64,000 nucleotides of DNA from Octopus sinensis (GCF_006345805.1 NC_043025.1:12276001-12340000), one strand, 5' to 3'. Numbered from the stretch's first letter, positions 40,398-53,039 are shown. The notes: generated from the letters alone by a model not told the origin. Translations and numbers: made by a program.

Positions 40398-41500
40398 GTG
40401 CTCTAAATGGAGGTGTAGTCAAATCCTATTTTAGGGACTCAACCATGTTCTAAAATAAGTCGAAAGGTAAGCTACTATAAATCGGCACAAACTTTCCAGA
40501 TGTCCCAGCCGAGCTGCAGCAATTTTTGTCTGGTTCCCAAAGCATCAAATGCCAAAAATGAACTTTCTTATCTTCCATTTTAAAGGGTTACAGAATTAAC
40601 ACAGGTTATAGGAACATAAACCTTCTTCCACGAAAAGACAGCTTAAACTGTGCTCCAAATGGAGGTGTAGTCAAATCCTATTTTAGGGACTCAACCATGT
40701 TCTAAAATAAGTCGAAAGGTAAGCTACTATAAATCGGCACAAACTTTCCAGATGTCCCAGCCGAGCTGCAGCAATTTTTGTCTGGTTCCCAAAGCATCAA
40801 ATGCCAAAAATGAACTTTCTTATCTTCCATTTTAAAGGGTTACAGAATTAACACAGGTTATAAGAACATGAACCTTCTTCCACGAAAAGATAGCTTAAAC
40901 TGTGCTCTAAATGGAGGTGGAGTCAAATCCTATTTTATGGACTCAACCATGTTCTAAAATAAGTAGAAAGGTAAGCTGCTATAAATTGGCACAAACTTTC
41001 CAGACGTCCCAGCCGAGCTGCAGCAATTTTTGTCTGGGTCCCAAAGCATCAAGTGCTGAAAATGAACTTTCTTATCTTCCATTTTAAAAGGTTACAGAAT
41101 TAACACAGGTTATAGGAACATAAACCTTCTTCCACGAAAAGATAGCTTAAACTGTGCTCTAAATGGAGGTGTAGTCAAATCCTATTTTATGGACTCAACC
41201 ATGTTCTAAAATAAGTCGAAAGGTAAGCTGCTATAAATCGGCACGAACTTTCCAGACAATCCAATACATACAACAGGCTTCTTTTAGTGTGTGTCTACCA
41301 AATCCATTCACAAGGTGGCTTTGGTTGATCTAGGGTCTTAAAATAGAAACAGGTTATAGGAACATAAACCCTTTTGCACGAAAAGACAGCTTAAACTGTG
41401 CTCTAAATGGAGGTGTAGTCAAATCCTATTTTATGGACTCAACCATGTTCTAAAATAAGTCGAAAGGTAAGCTACTATAAATCAGCACAAACTTTCCGGA
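40398..41500. repeat. Tandem repeat, 252-bp unit, about 4.4 copies
   Basis: GTGCTCTAAATGGAGGTGTAGTCAAATCC starts at 40398, 40650, 40902, 41154 and 41398. Confidence 0.95.
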
Positions 41501-42548
41501 CAACTGAATAATATGATTGTACATGTGATATTTGTAGTCACACTCTTTAAAACAGCTCTGAAGTAGGCCATAGTAAAAACAGAAAAGAATCAATGCATGA
41601 GATGTTGACCTGAAAACCTTGATACAACTACGGCAAAATTTCAGAGAGTTAAGATTATATTCTATTGTTCCACTTTTCTTTCTTATTTTTATTTTCATAA
41701 AATTTTCTTTGCGTAAAAGGTTGTGAGATGCAACGAAAATTTTAGGAAAATAAAAATAAGAAAAACGTGGAAACTTTACCGGTGAGTGTGTTATGGGAAG
41801 CACTCCGTCGGTTACGACGATGAGGGTTCCGGTTGATCTGAATCAACGGAACAGCCTGCTCGTGAAATTAACGTGTAAGTGGCTGAGCACTCCACAGACA
41901 CGTGTACCCTTAACGTAGTTCTCGGGGGATATTCAGCGTGACACAGAGAGTGACAAGGCCGGCCCTTTGAGATACAGGTACAACAGAAACAGGAAGTAAG
42001 AGTGAGAGAAAGTTGTGGTTAAGGAGTACAGCAGGGATCACCACCATCCCCTGCCGGAGCCTCGTGGAGCTTTTAGGTGTTTTCGCTCAATAAACACTCA
42101 CAACGCCCGGTCTGGGAATCGAAACCGCGATCCTACGACCGCGAGTCCGCTGCCCTAACCACTGGGCCATTGCGTCTCCGAGTATGTTATATTATAAGGC
42201 ACAAAAAGAAAATTACTCAACAAAATATGCTTCAACACACGAACTCATATAAAGAATCTTGCAAACCAAATCCAAAAACAAAATAAGATAATATTTATTA
42301 GGAGAAAGAAGAAAAAGAAGCCATTAAGTCTAACTCTTTTACTTGTTTCAGTCATTTGACTGCGGCCATGCTGGAGCACCGCCTTTAGTCGAGCAAATCA
42401 ACCCCAGAACTCATTCTTTGCAAGCCCAGTACTTATTCTATCGGTCTCTTTTTGCCGAACCGCTAAGATACGGGGACGTAAACACACCAGCATCAGTTGT
42501 CGAGCGATGGTGGGGGAGGACAAACACAGACACACAAACATATACACA

Positions 42549-42587
<39 letters not shown>

Positions 42588-43670
42588 ACGCACATATATA
42601 CATACATACATATACACACATACGACGGGCTTCTTTCAGTTTCCGTCTACCAAATCCACTCACAAGGCTTTGGTCGGCCAGGCTATAGTAGAAGACACTT
42701 GCCCAAGGTGCCACGCAGTGGGACTGAACCCAGAACCATGTGGTTGGTAAGCAAGCTACTTACCACACAGCCACGACAAGCTTCTTTCAGTTTCCGTCTA
42801 CCAAATCCACTCACAAGGCTTTGGTCGGCCTGAGGCTATAGTAGAAGACACTTACCCAAGGTGCCACGCAGTGGGACTGAACCCAGAACCATGTGGTTGG
42901 TGAGCTAGCTACTTTTATTCATTTCATTTGCCATAAAGCCAGTACAAAGATGGGTAGCTTTGTGGACTGGACAAGACACTGATGAGGCCAATGATTATGA
43001 TACAAGGATTGGAGAAGACAGAAAGCGCCCACCAACCCTCTGCTTCTCTATAACATTGTTCTCTTAATAAAACATATAAAAGATCAGGCAGGACAAGTGA
43101 GTCCAGCCCACTTATGCATGCCTTTCCTCCCTTGGACACACAAAGACCAGTTGAGGCAAGCGAAGTCGATATCGAACCTCATCCGACGACAGGCACCTAT
43201 TGCGAAGACCTGTTGGGGCAAGTGAAATCGAAATCGAAATCGGAATCGAAATTGAACCAATCCTATGACTGGCACCTGGCAGATGCCAGGACCCCTGGAC
43301 TGGAGATACGTAAAAAGCACTATCTGAATCGTGGCCGATGCCAGCGCCGCCTCGACTGGCTTCCGTGTCGGTGGCACGTAAAACGCACCATCCGAATCGT
43401 GGCCGATGCCAGCGCCGCCTCGACTGGCTTCCGTGCAGGTGGCACGTAAAATGCACCAATCCGACCGTGGCCGATGCCAGCCTCGCCTGGCTCCAGTGCA
43501 GGTGGCACGTAAAAAGCACCCACTACACTCACGGAGTGGTTGGCGTTAGGAAGGGCATCCAGCTGTAGAAACATTGCCAGATAAGACCGGAGCCTGGTGC
43601 AGCCTTCTGGCTTCCCAGATCCCCGGTCGAACCGTCCAACCCATGCTAGCATGGAGAACGGACGTTAAAC

Positions 43671-43701
<31 letters not shown>

Positions 43702-44179
43702 GAAATAATAACCCTCTAACACACAGCCACTCCTGCGCCTAAGTTGAATAAAGAAACTATTAGAACAGAAAGACTGTCTACGGAAGAGTGAAAACAGCAG
43801 AGAATGACTGAGGATAAGAGGACAAATGTTGCTGAATTAATAAATGTAACGTTTTGATACCACCATGCTAAAATTTCCCTCATTTTATGATAAATACTTC
43901 TCGTTTTAAAGTGATCTGAGTTAAAAGTATCCATTAAAATTCCTTGTTAATTTAAGTTCCAAGGCGTGGCTGTGCGATGTAAGAGGTTTGCGTCGCAATC
44001 ACGTGGGTTTGGGTTTGGGTCGAAAACTGTGTGGCACCTTGGACAAGTTTCTCGTACTCTTGCTTCAGGCTGACCAAAAGCCTTGTGCGTGTGGATTTGG
44101 TGGATGGAAACTGAAGGAAGCCTTTCATGTATATATGTGTGTGTGTGTGTGTTTGTGTTTGTGAAGCTGCTGCTGGTGC

Positions 44180-44217
44180 TGATGATGATGATGATGATGA
44201 CGATGATGGTGACGGTG

Positions 44218-44248
<31 letters not shown>

Positions 44249-44620
44249 GGATGATGGTGATGATGATGATGATTATGACGATGATGACGATGGTGATGAT
44301 GATGATGATGATGATGATGGTGACGGTGATGATGATGGTGACGATGATGATGATGATGGTGATGGTGATGGTGATGATGATGAGGATGACGATGATGGTG
44401 ACGGTGATGATGATGATGATGATGGTGATGATGATCGTGATGATGATGAGGATGATGGTGATGGTGATGATGATGATGATGAGGATGATGGTGACAGTGA
44501 CAGTGATGATGATGATTATGACGATGGTGATGATGGTGATGATGGTGATGATGGTGATGATGGTGAGGATGATGAGGATGATGATGATGATGATGATGAC
44601 GATGACGGTGACAGTGACAG

Positions 44621-44668
<48 letters not shown>

Positions 44669-44745
44669 CAGTGACGGTGATGATGACGATGATGATTATG
44701 ACGATGGTGATGATGGTGATGATGGTGATGATGATGAGGATGAAG
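44180..44745. repeat. (GAT)n compound microsatellite
   Basis: Seen directly; source of the poly-D and poly-M pseudo-ORFs. Confidence 0.95.
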
Positions 44746-44986
44746 TTTTGCTCTTTTTCACATCTTTTTTGTTTCAATCTTACATGTCATGCTTCCTCTC
44801 TCTCTCTCCCTCTTCCCCCCTCTCGCTCTCTCTCTCTCTCTCCGTCCCCCTCTCCCCCTCTCTTCCTCTCTGTTGCACTCTTCCACTCACATCATTCACT
44901 AATCGTCTCTCTATCTCTCTCTCTCTCTCTCTCTTTTTTTTCCCCCCTCTTCTCTCCCTTGCCCACCACCCCTCTCTACTGGACAG

Positions 44987-45239
44987 GTGGTCCTACCTGT
45001 GGGTGGAAACCAATCCTAAAGGAAACAACGACTCCATGCAGGCCTTCGCTGCCGGCCTCGTCGAAGGTAACCTCACCGCTCCCCTGATCCGAATGAGCGG
45101 CAAGAACTCCTGGGAGGGACAATGTCAGAACTTATCCAGCACTTATTGCGCCAAGATGACGAAATTCTTGATCATGAATCTGATTTGGATGAAGGAGATG
45201 ATCGCAGAGAAGGCCAAGACAAACCCATTCTGGCACATG
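44987..45239 (+). CDS. PLBD2: PLBD2 exon 2
   Basis: cag|G WSYLWVETN...QAFAAGLVEGNLT...NPFWHM|gtaagt; phases 2 to 0 agree. Confidence 0.92.
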
Positions 45240-45264
45240 GTAAGTCTATATATGTGGGTGTTGA

Positions 45265-46250
45265 TGTTGGTTGTGGTTGGTGGTGGTGGTGTTTGGTGCT
45301 GGTGGTGGTGGTGGTGGTGGTAGTGGTGGTGGTTGGTGGTAGTGGTGGTGGTTGTGGTGATGGTGGTCCTGCTGGTGGTGGTTGGTGGTGGTGGTCGTGA
45401 TCGTGGTGTTGCTGTTGTTGGTAGTGGTAGTGGTGGTGGTTGTGGTGGTGGTGGTAGTGGTGGTGGTTGTGGTGCTGGTGGTGGTGGTTGTGGTGGTAGT
45501 GGTGGTGGTGGTGGTGGTGGTGGTGGTGGTAGTGGTGGTGGTTGTGGTGCTGGTGCTGGTGGTGGTGGTGGTGGTGGTGGTGGTGGTAGTGGTGGTGGTG
45601 GTGGTGCTGGTGATGGTGGTGGTGGTGGTGGTGCCAGTACCAGCTGTGGTGTGTTGATACAATTATTGCTAGTGTTGTTATTTCCATTGTTCTTGATGTT
45701 GCTGCTGTTATTGGTGGTGGTGGTGGTGGTGGTGGTGGTGTGGTGGTGGTGGTTGTGGTGGTGACGGTGATAGTGGTGGAGATGGTGGTTGTGGTGGTGG
45801 TGGTGGTGGTGGTGGTTGTGGTGGTGGGGTGGTGGTAGTGATGGTGCCGGTACCAGCTGTGGTGTGTTGATACAGTCATTGCTACTGTTATTTCCATTGT
45901 TCTTGATGTTGCTGCTGCTATTGGTGGTGGTGGTGGTGGTGGTGGCGGTGGCGGTAGTGTTGGTCGTGGTGGTCGTGGTCGTGGTGGTCGTGGTGGTCGT
46001 GGTGGTGGTAGTAGTGGTGGTCGTGGTGGTCGTCGTCGTGGTGATGGTGGTGGTGTGGTGGTGGTGGTGGTGGTGGTAGTAGTGGTGGTGGTGGTGGTGA
46101 TTGTGGTGGTGGTGGTGGTTGTGGTGGAGATGGTGCCAGTACCAGCAGTGGTGTGTTGATAGTTATTACTGTTGTTGTTGTTGTTATTGCCATTGTTCTT
46201 GATGTTGCTGCTGCTGCTGCTGTTGTTGTTGTTGTTGATGTTGGTAGTGA
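45265..46250. repeat. (GGT)n tract with three interspersed copies of a CCAGTACCAGCTGTGGTGTGTTGATA unit
   Basis: Seen directly just after the exon 2 donor; units at about 45633, 45848 and 46136. Confidence 0.9.
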
Positions 46251-46433
46251 TGGTTACGGTATCAGCAGAATGTGTCAATTAAGATTATTTTGGAATTTAA
46301 CATGGAAATAAAAATAAATTGGCTGGATTGCACACATACAAACCTGACAAACTTTACATTTTTTCACAAAAATTTTATTTCAAAACAAATTCTGGTATGT
46401 AGTAAAGATTGTTTGCCAACATAACATGGCAGC

Positions 46434-46895
46434 CCTGATTTTGGACGAATGTTGCTGTAGTTTAACCCCAGGAGACATCGTCTCCAGCTGGCTATATGAC
46501 ACGATCACTGTCCTTACATTTTCGAACAAGGGGATCTAGCGCCCCCACTCAGCTCAAAACAACTTCTGGGTTATTTCTCTTCATCAGCACAGAATATCTC
46601 TCGTTGTGAGATTAAAAAATAGTAATTTTCTAATTTATAAATCAGTGACTAGTTGTCACCGTGAAAACTATACATTTCAAATGGGAATTTGGCAGTGCCA
46701 ACTCTAGCTGAACAATTATTCTGTGCTGATGAAGGGAAATAATCCGGAAATCGCGATACACAGATATTGTTTTGAGCTGAGTAGGGGTACTAAATGCCCT
46801 TGTTTGAAAATATAAGGACACAGATCGTGTCGTATTGCCAGCTGGAGATGATATCTCCTGGGGCTAAATTACAGCAACATTCATCCTAAACCAGG
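46434..46895. mobile_element. Inverted repeat (~160-180-bp arms) of Penelope-like pseudo-LTR character, with a hammerhead motif in each arm
   Basis: 46434-46596 is the reverse complement of 46716-46895 apart from a deletion in the left arm. Confidence 0.65.
46721..46763 (+). ncRNA. Type I hammerhead ribozyme motif, near-intact
   Basis: CTGTG-CTGATGA-A-GGGA AATAA TCCG-GAAA-TCGCGA-TA-CACAG: 5-bp stem I, palindromic stem III, AUA triplet and a G.G mismatch at the base of stem II. Confidence 0.65.
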
Positions 46896-46896
46896 A

Positions 46897-47110
46897 GTGC
46901 CATGTTATGTTGGCAAACAATCTTTACTACTGGATTGTCCGGAAACTTCGTGCCAATTTTTAAAGGAAAGAAATGTAACCGCATGTGAATCGTTGGTGAT
47001 TTTCTTCCTCCATTTTCCCTTCTCTTGGATTTTCCTCTGTTCCCGAAGAAGAGCATCTGCTCGAAACGTAAAACTACCTTTCTTTCCTTTCCTGAGCATC
47101 TGCTAATGTA
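46897..47110 (+). mobile_element. Penelope-like 3' end with a decayed hammerhead (47043-47074, core CCGAAGA); a related minus-strand copy at about 50270-50480 has core TTGTTGA
   Basis: AAGAGC-loop-GCTCGAAACGT followed by TTCCTGAGC in both copies. Confidence 0.55.
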
Positions 47111-47631
47111 TTACATGTACCACATACACATGTTGTATTTTTGTGTTTGTCCTTTTTTGGATTTACTATATATATATAGCCTCGCCTGGCCCCCGTGCCG
47201 GTGACACGTAAAAGCACCATCTGTTCGTGGCCGTTTGCCAGCTCTGTCTGGTCCCTGTGTCGGTGGCACGTAAAGGCACCATCCGTTCGTGTCCGTTGCC
47301 AGCCGCGCCTGGCCCCCGTGCTGGTGACACGTAAAAGCACCATCCGTTCGTGGCCGTTTGCCAGCTCTGTCTGGCACCTGTGCGGGTGGCACGCAAAAAA
47401 CACCCACTACACTCGCGAAGTGGTTGGCGTTAGGAAGGGCATCCAGCCGTAGAAACACTGCCAGATCAGACTGGGCCTGGTGCAGCCTTCTGGCTTCGCA
47501 GACCCCCAGTTGACCCGTCCAACCCATGCTAGCATGGAAAACGGACGCTAAACGATGATGATGATGATGATGATGATATATATATACATATATTGATGTT
47601 GATATTATTAAATGTGTTTTCCTCTCCACAG

Positions 47632-47717
47632 ATCAACCTCTACATTTGTCAACTGGAGGCCCTGCAATCTGTATATTCCTCTGAATATGGATGTGAAGGC
47701 TGTTTGCCGGAACTCTA
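47632..47717 (+). CDS. PLBD2: PLBD2 exon 3
   Basis: ttttcctctccacag|INLYICQLEALQSVYSSEYGCEGCLPEL-TA|gtaagt; phases 0 to 2. Confidence 0.8.
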
Positions 47718-48476
47718 GTAAGTATTACTCTTACTTTTCTTTCTTTTTCTCATTTTTCTTGACAATGGATTCATCTTTCACCAACATACATGCAAGTATA
47801 TACATGCGTCTCTGTGAAAATTTACGTCCCTACATCTTTGCATGAAAGCTATGAGCAAGAAACAAAAATACAGGGACACTACATTGACATTTCTTATTTC
47901 TTTATTAACCCACAAGGGGCTAAACATAGAGGGGACAAACAAGGACAGACAAAGGGATTAAGTCGATTACATCGACCCCAGTGTGCCACTGGTACTTAAT
48001 TTATTGACCCCGAAAGGATGAAAGGCAATGTCGACCTCGACGGAATTTGAACTCAGAACGTAACGACAGACAAAATACCTATTTCTTTGCTACCCACAAG
48101 GGGCTAAACATAGAGGGGACAAACAAGGACAGACAAAGGGATTAAGTCGATTACATAGACCCCAGTGAGCAACTGGTACTTAATTTATTGACCCCAAAAG
48201 GATGAAAGGCAAAGTCGACCTTGGCGGAATTTGAACTCAGAACGTAACAGCAGACAAAATACCACTAAGCATTTCACCCAGTGTGCTAACGTTTCTGCCA
48301 GCTCACCGCCTTGACATTTCTTGTCAACATTGACATTTCTTGTCAACATTGACGTTTCTCGTCAACATTGACATTTCTTGTCAACATATCATCCTGTGGC
48401 TCTGTACTTTTCTAATTCAAGTGAAATAAAATGCCCCTTCTCCAAAGAGTTTGTGCAACCATAGACAAACTGATTA

Positions 48477-49220
48477 TGTAGTCCTAGGTACACTATGACT
48501 GAATAAAAGACAGGATGGTCACAGCTGGAACATCTCTGATCATAGGTCTGCTGGATCAGGACTAACCTGGGGCTAAACAACAAGTAGGACACATTAGATA
48601 ATGTAGTCCTAGGTACACTATGCCTGAATCAAAGACAGGCTAGTCACAGCTGGAAAATCTTCGATCATAGGTCTGCCTGGATCAGGATTGACCTGGGGCT
48701 AAACAAGGAAGGACACATTAGATAATGTAGTCAAAGATACACTATGCCTGAATAAAAGACAGGATGGTCACAGCTGGAAAATCTTCGATCATAGGTCTGT
48801 CTGGATCAGGACTGACGTGGGTTTAAATAACAAGGAAGGACACATTAGATGATGTAGTCCTAGATACACTATGCCTGAATAAAAGACAGAATGGTCACAG
48901 CTGGAACATCTTTGATCATAAGTCTACCGGATCAGACTGAATTGGGGCTAAACAGCAAGGAAGGACACATTAGATAATGTAGTCCTAGATACACTATGCC
49001 TGAATAAAAGACAAGCTGGTCACAGCTGGAGCATCTCTGATCATAGGTCTGCTGGATCAGGACTGACCTGGGGCTAAACAACAACAACAACAAGGGAGGG
49101 CACATTAGATAATGTAGTCCTAGATACACTATGCCTGAATCAAAGACAGGATGGTCGCAGCTGGAACATCTTTGATCATAGGTCTGCTGGATCAGACTTG
49201 ACCTGGGGCTAAACAACAGC
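48477..49220. repeat. Tandem repeat, ~125-bp unit, about 6 copies
   Basis: ATGTAGTCCTAG.TACACTATGCCTGAAT.AAAGACAGGATGGTCACAGCTGGAA is repeated. Confidence 0.9.
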
Positions 49221-49426
49221 GATGCTGACAATCATCATCATCATCATCATCATCATCATGGTCATCATTATCATCATCATGGTCATCATCATCATCATCA
49301 TCTCTTTTAATTATTTATCACATAAATTAATTGTCATATAAATTTCTCACCATCTCTTCCTCCCCCACCAACTCATCGCCGCCGCCACCACCACCACCAC
49401 CACCACCACCTCCACTACCGTCGCAG

Positions 49427-49647
49427 CTGGCTCCAGTTCTACAGCGAACTCGCCGACATCAGCAAGGCGCTGATGCTCCCGCCGGAAGTGTACTACATGC
49501 GCAAAGGGTCGTGTTCGGCCATGATCAAAGTGCTTCCCGGCAACAAGGACCTCTACGTCGCCCACGACACCTGGAACACTTACAGCAGCATGCTACGAGT
49601 ACTCAAAAGCTACGATTTTAGTTACCATACCCTGCCAACCTCTCAGG
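49427..49647 (+). CDS. PLBD2: PLBD2 exon 4, containing the catalytic N-terminal-nucleophile Cys (TGT 49512-49514)
   Basis: YWLQFYSELADISKAL...GSCSAMIKVLPGNKDLYVAHDTWNTYSSMLRVLKSY; donor G|GTGAGT, phase 1. Confidence 0.93.
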
Positions 49648-49884
49648 GTGAGTATTGAACCTCGTCCTTCTATTTTGGTTTTTCTTTCCTTTAATAAACT
49701 GATTTCGGATTTTTGGCACAAGGCCAGCAATTTTTTTGGGGGGGGAGGGAGTAAGTCGATTACATTGACCCCCAACGTTCCACTGGTACTACTTTTTTTC
49801 TTCCAGCATGTAAAGCTGCCTGTTAAAGGTCGCTTCTCTTGTATTAAATGTACACTATTTCATATTGTGGGTGTATATATATAT

Positions 49885-49936
<52 letters not shown>

Positions 49937-50759
49937 GAGGCGCAATGGCCCAGTGTTTAGGGTAGCAGACTCGCGGTTGGAGGATCGCGGTTTCGATTCC
50001 CAGACCGGGCGTTGTGAGTGTTTATTGAGCGAAAACACCTAAAACTCCACGAGGCTCCGGCAGGGGATGGTGGCGATCCCTGCTGTACTCTTTCGCCACA
50101 ACTTTCTCTCACTCTTCCTTCTGTTGGCCTGCTCGCTTAGCCAGCGGGGTGGTGTCATTCGAAGGCTAAAAAACAATGTGAACGCATTGTGTCCAGCGAT
50201 GTGTAACAACATCTGATGGTCTGGTCGGTCACGTGATCACGTGATATAAAATGTATGTATATGTATGTATATATATGACGGGAAGCTTTATGAAAATAGA
50301 CAAAAGACGAAGGCAGGTGGAAAACAAACGAACAATTGTATTAGTATGGCGCTCAGGAAATATAAATAAAACAAGTCTTTAACGTTTCGAGCCTACGCTC
50401 TTCAACAAAAGATAACAGAGAGAAAAAAAACACAGAAAGAAGGAGAGAAAAAAAATGCGTGCAGTAGCTAACGAATCACATGGCGATCTGATTTCGGCCA
50501 GAGGTCAAAGATCAAACATGAGACGCGAGAGCGAATAAGGGGAGATAATAGGGTTGATAATAGGGTTGATAATAGGGTTGAAGGACCAGCTAATAGTGTA
50601 TATATATATTGTGTGTGTGTGTGTGTGTAATTGTATACTGCAAGCCTAACCGTTTCCGTTTGAGATATTATTTCCTTAATAAGAAACCTAAGAATGTTTC
50701 CTAATCTAAAAAAAAATGAAGTCATCTCCTAATTCCTCGTATCTTTTCAACCATTCCAG

Positions 50760-50848
50760 TTAAGGTTCCCGGACGGAAGATAACCTTCTCTTCATACCCT
50801 GGACTTCTCTTGTCAATGGACGACTACTACGTAATTTCCTCAGGAATG
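50760..50848 (+). CDS. PLBD2: PLBD2 exon 5
   Basis: ccag|VKVPGRKITFSSYPGLLLSMDDYYVISSGM|gtaagg (FSSYPG..DD motif); phases 1 to 0. Confidence 0.92.
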
Positions 50849-50904
50849 GTAAGGGACGCTGTTTTTTTTTTTGTTGTTTTTGCTTTGTCTTCTGACCTCT
50901 GGCT

Positions 50905-51870
50905 TACTCTTTACTCTCTTTTACTTGTTTCAGTCACTTGACTGCGGCCATGCTGGAGCACCGCCTTTAATCGAGCAAATCGACCCCGGGACTTATTCTT
51001 TTGTAAGCCCAGTACTTATTCTATCGGTCTCTTTTGCCGAACCGCTAACTCACGGGGACATAAACACACCAGCATCGGTTGTCAAACAATGCTAGGGGGA
51101 CAAACACACACACACAAATACACACGCGCATATATATATATATACATATATACGACGGGCTTATTTCAGTTTCCGTCTACCAAATCCACTCACAAGGCTT
51201 TGGTCGGCCCAGGCTATAGTAGAAGACACTTGCCCAAGGTGCCACGCAGTGGGACTGAACCCGGAACCATGTGGTTGGTAAACAGCCACTCTTGCGCCCT
51301 TGAACGTTGTACAAAATACCTTGCGGTATTTTGTCCCTGCTTGTATTCAGAGTTCAAATCCCAAAGGGGTCAACTTTGTCTCTAATCCTTGGTTAATATA
51401 CTATGTTTTCACTGAGTAATATATGTAGTGGAAAAGGTGTGTGTCAGAAGGTGTTGAGGTAACAGATGTAATAGGCATGTGGATGTGGAAAGTAGCTTGC
51501 TTACCAACCAACTGGGTTCCGGGTTCGGTCCCACTGCATGGCACCTTGGTCAAGTGTCTTCTACTATAGCCTCGGGCCGACCAAAGCCTTGTGAGTGGAT
51601 TTGGTAGACGGAAACAGAAAGAAGCCTGTCGTATATATGTATATATATATATGTATGTGTGCGTGTTTGTGTGTCTGTGTTTGTCTCCACTTCATCGCTT
51701 GACAACCGATGCTGGTGTGTTTACGTCCCTGTGACTTAGTGGCTTGGCAAAAGAGACCGATAGAATAAGTACTAGGCTTGCAAAGAATAAGTCCCAGGGT
51801 CGATTTGCTCAACTAAAGGCGGTGCTCCAGCATGGCCGCAGTCAAATGACTGAAACAAGTAAAAGAGTAA
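50905..51870. mobile_element. Two family-A SINEs in opposite orientation (50905-51295 minus; 51490-51870 plus)
   Basis: SINE head and tail motifs on each strand. Confidence 0.85.
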
Positions 51871-51922
51871 CAACATCAAAAAATACCTTAGGAATGAGAA
51901 CCCAAGTTCGAAATTTCCTCAA

Positions 51923-51968
51923 GACACCTGATGAAGGCTGGAGGGTGTATCAGCCGAAACGTTGTGTT
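51923..51968 (+). ncRNA. Minimal type I hammerhead ribozyme motif, copy 1
   Basis: GACAC-CTGATGA-A-GGCTG GAGGGTGTAT CAGCC-GAAA-CG-TT-GTGTT: intact core, 5-bp stems I and II, palindromic ACGT stem III. Confidence 0.75.
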
Positions 51969-52126
51969 AACAACAAACAAGATGAGGAGAAATATCCATC
52001 AAATGTAAATAATGTACATAATTCCTCATCTCTTAAATATAGACTGTATTGAATAATAATAATAATAATAATAATAACATCAAAAAATACCTTAGGAATG
52101 AGAACCCAGGTTCGAAATTTCCCCAA

Positions 52127-52172
52127 GACACCTGATGAAGGCTGGAGGGTGTATCAGCCGAAACGTTGTGTT
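52127..52172 (+). ncRNA. Minimal type I hammerhead ribozyme motif, copy 2
   Basis: Identical motif 204 nt downstream of copy 1. Confidence 0.75.
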
Positions 52173-52457
52173 AACAACAAAGATGAGGACAAATATCCTT
52201 CAAATGTAAATAATGTAAATAATGTCACATAATTCCTCATCTCTTAAATATAGAACTGTATTAAGAATAACTCTGTCTCTAATTCTTCGGGTGGGGGGGG
52301 ATAAAATAAAGAACCAGTGAAATACTGGGGTGGATTTAACATTTCTTTAAAACATCCTGGATGCAAACGAGATTATAACATAAGGCCAAGACCGACTTTA
52401 CCTTTCATCCTTTTTTGCTTCAAGTTAAGAAAATAAAAGTACCAGTCATATACTGGG

Positions 52458-52818
52458 ATCAATGACAAATGATTAATGACAAATGATTAATGATTAATGA
52501 CAAATGATTAATGACAAATGATTAATGACAAATGATCAATGACAAATGATTAATGACAAATGATTAATGATTAATGACAAGTGATTAATGACAAATGATT
52601 AATGACAAATGATCAACGACAAATGATTAATGACAAATGATTAATGACAAATGATCAATGACAAATGATTAATGACAAATGATTAATGACAAATGATCAA
52701 TGACAAATGATTAATGACAAATGACTAATGATTAATGACAAGTGATTAATGACAAATGATTAATGACAAATGATCAACGACAAATGATTAATGACAAATG
52801 ATCAACGACAAATGATTA
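52458..52818. repeat. 14-bp minisatellite (AATGACAAATGATT)n
   Basis: Seen directly. Confidence 0.95.
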
Positions 52819-52875
52819 ATTGCTGTCCCTGTTAACAGTGGTGCTTATTTCTTTTGTTCCCCCCGCGATCCGCAG

Positions 52876-53039
52876 GTTGCCATGGAAACTACCATTGAAA
52901 ACAACAACGTTGAAATCGCCGCCAAGAACACCGTTCCCAGAGGGTGCGTACTGGAAGGTCTGCGTGTGATGGCTGCGAACCGTCTCGCTGCCAACATCCA
53001 CCAATGGGCCAACGAATTCTCGTCATACAACAGCGGAAC
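52876..53039 (+). CDS. PLBD2: PLBD2 exon 6
   Basis: cgcag|VAMETTIENNN...RGCVLEGLRVMAANRLA...WANEFSSYNSG-AC|gtaggt. Confidence 0.93.

Larger units (their letters stand above)
51870..52262 (+). mobile_element. Two tandem ~204-bp Penelope-like pseudo-LTR units separated by (AAT)n
   Basis: AACATCAAAAAATACCTTAGGAATGAGAACCC...CTCTTAAATATAGA occurs twice; each copy contains a hammerhead core. Confidence 0.75.

Noticed and set aside
42975-43030. CTGATGAGGCCAAT...ATTGG possible hammerhead (or C-box)
   Set aside because: No correctly placed GAAA or stem III after the hairpin and no D-box or terminal stem; at best a decayed remnant.
43947-46278. Poly-Asp, poly-Met, poly-Thr, poly-His and poly-Gly ORFs of 276-398 aa
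   Set aside because: Stop-free trinucleotide repeats (GAT, GGT); only 44987-45239 is a spliced PLBD2 exon.
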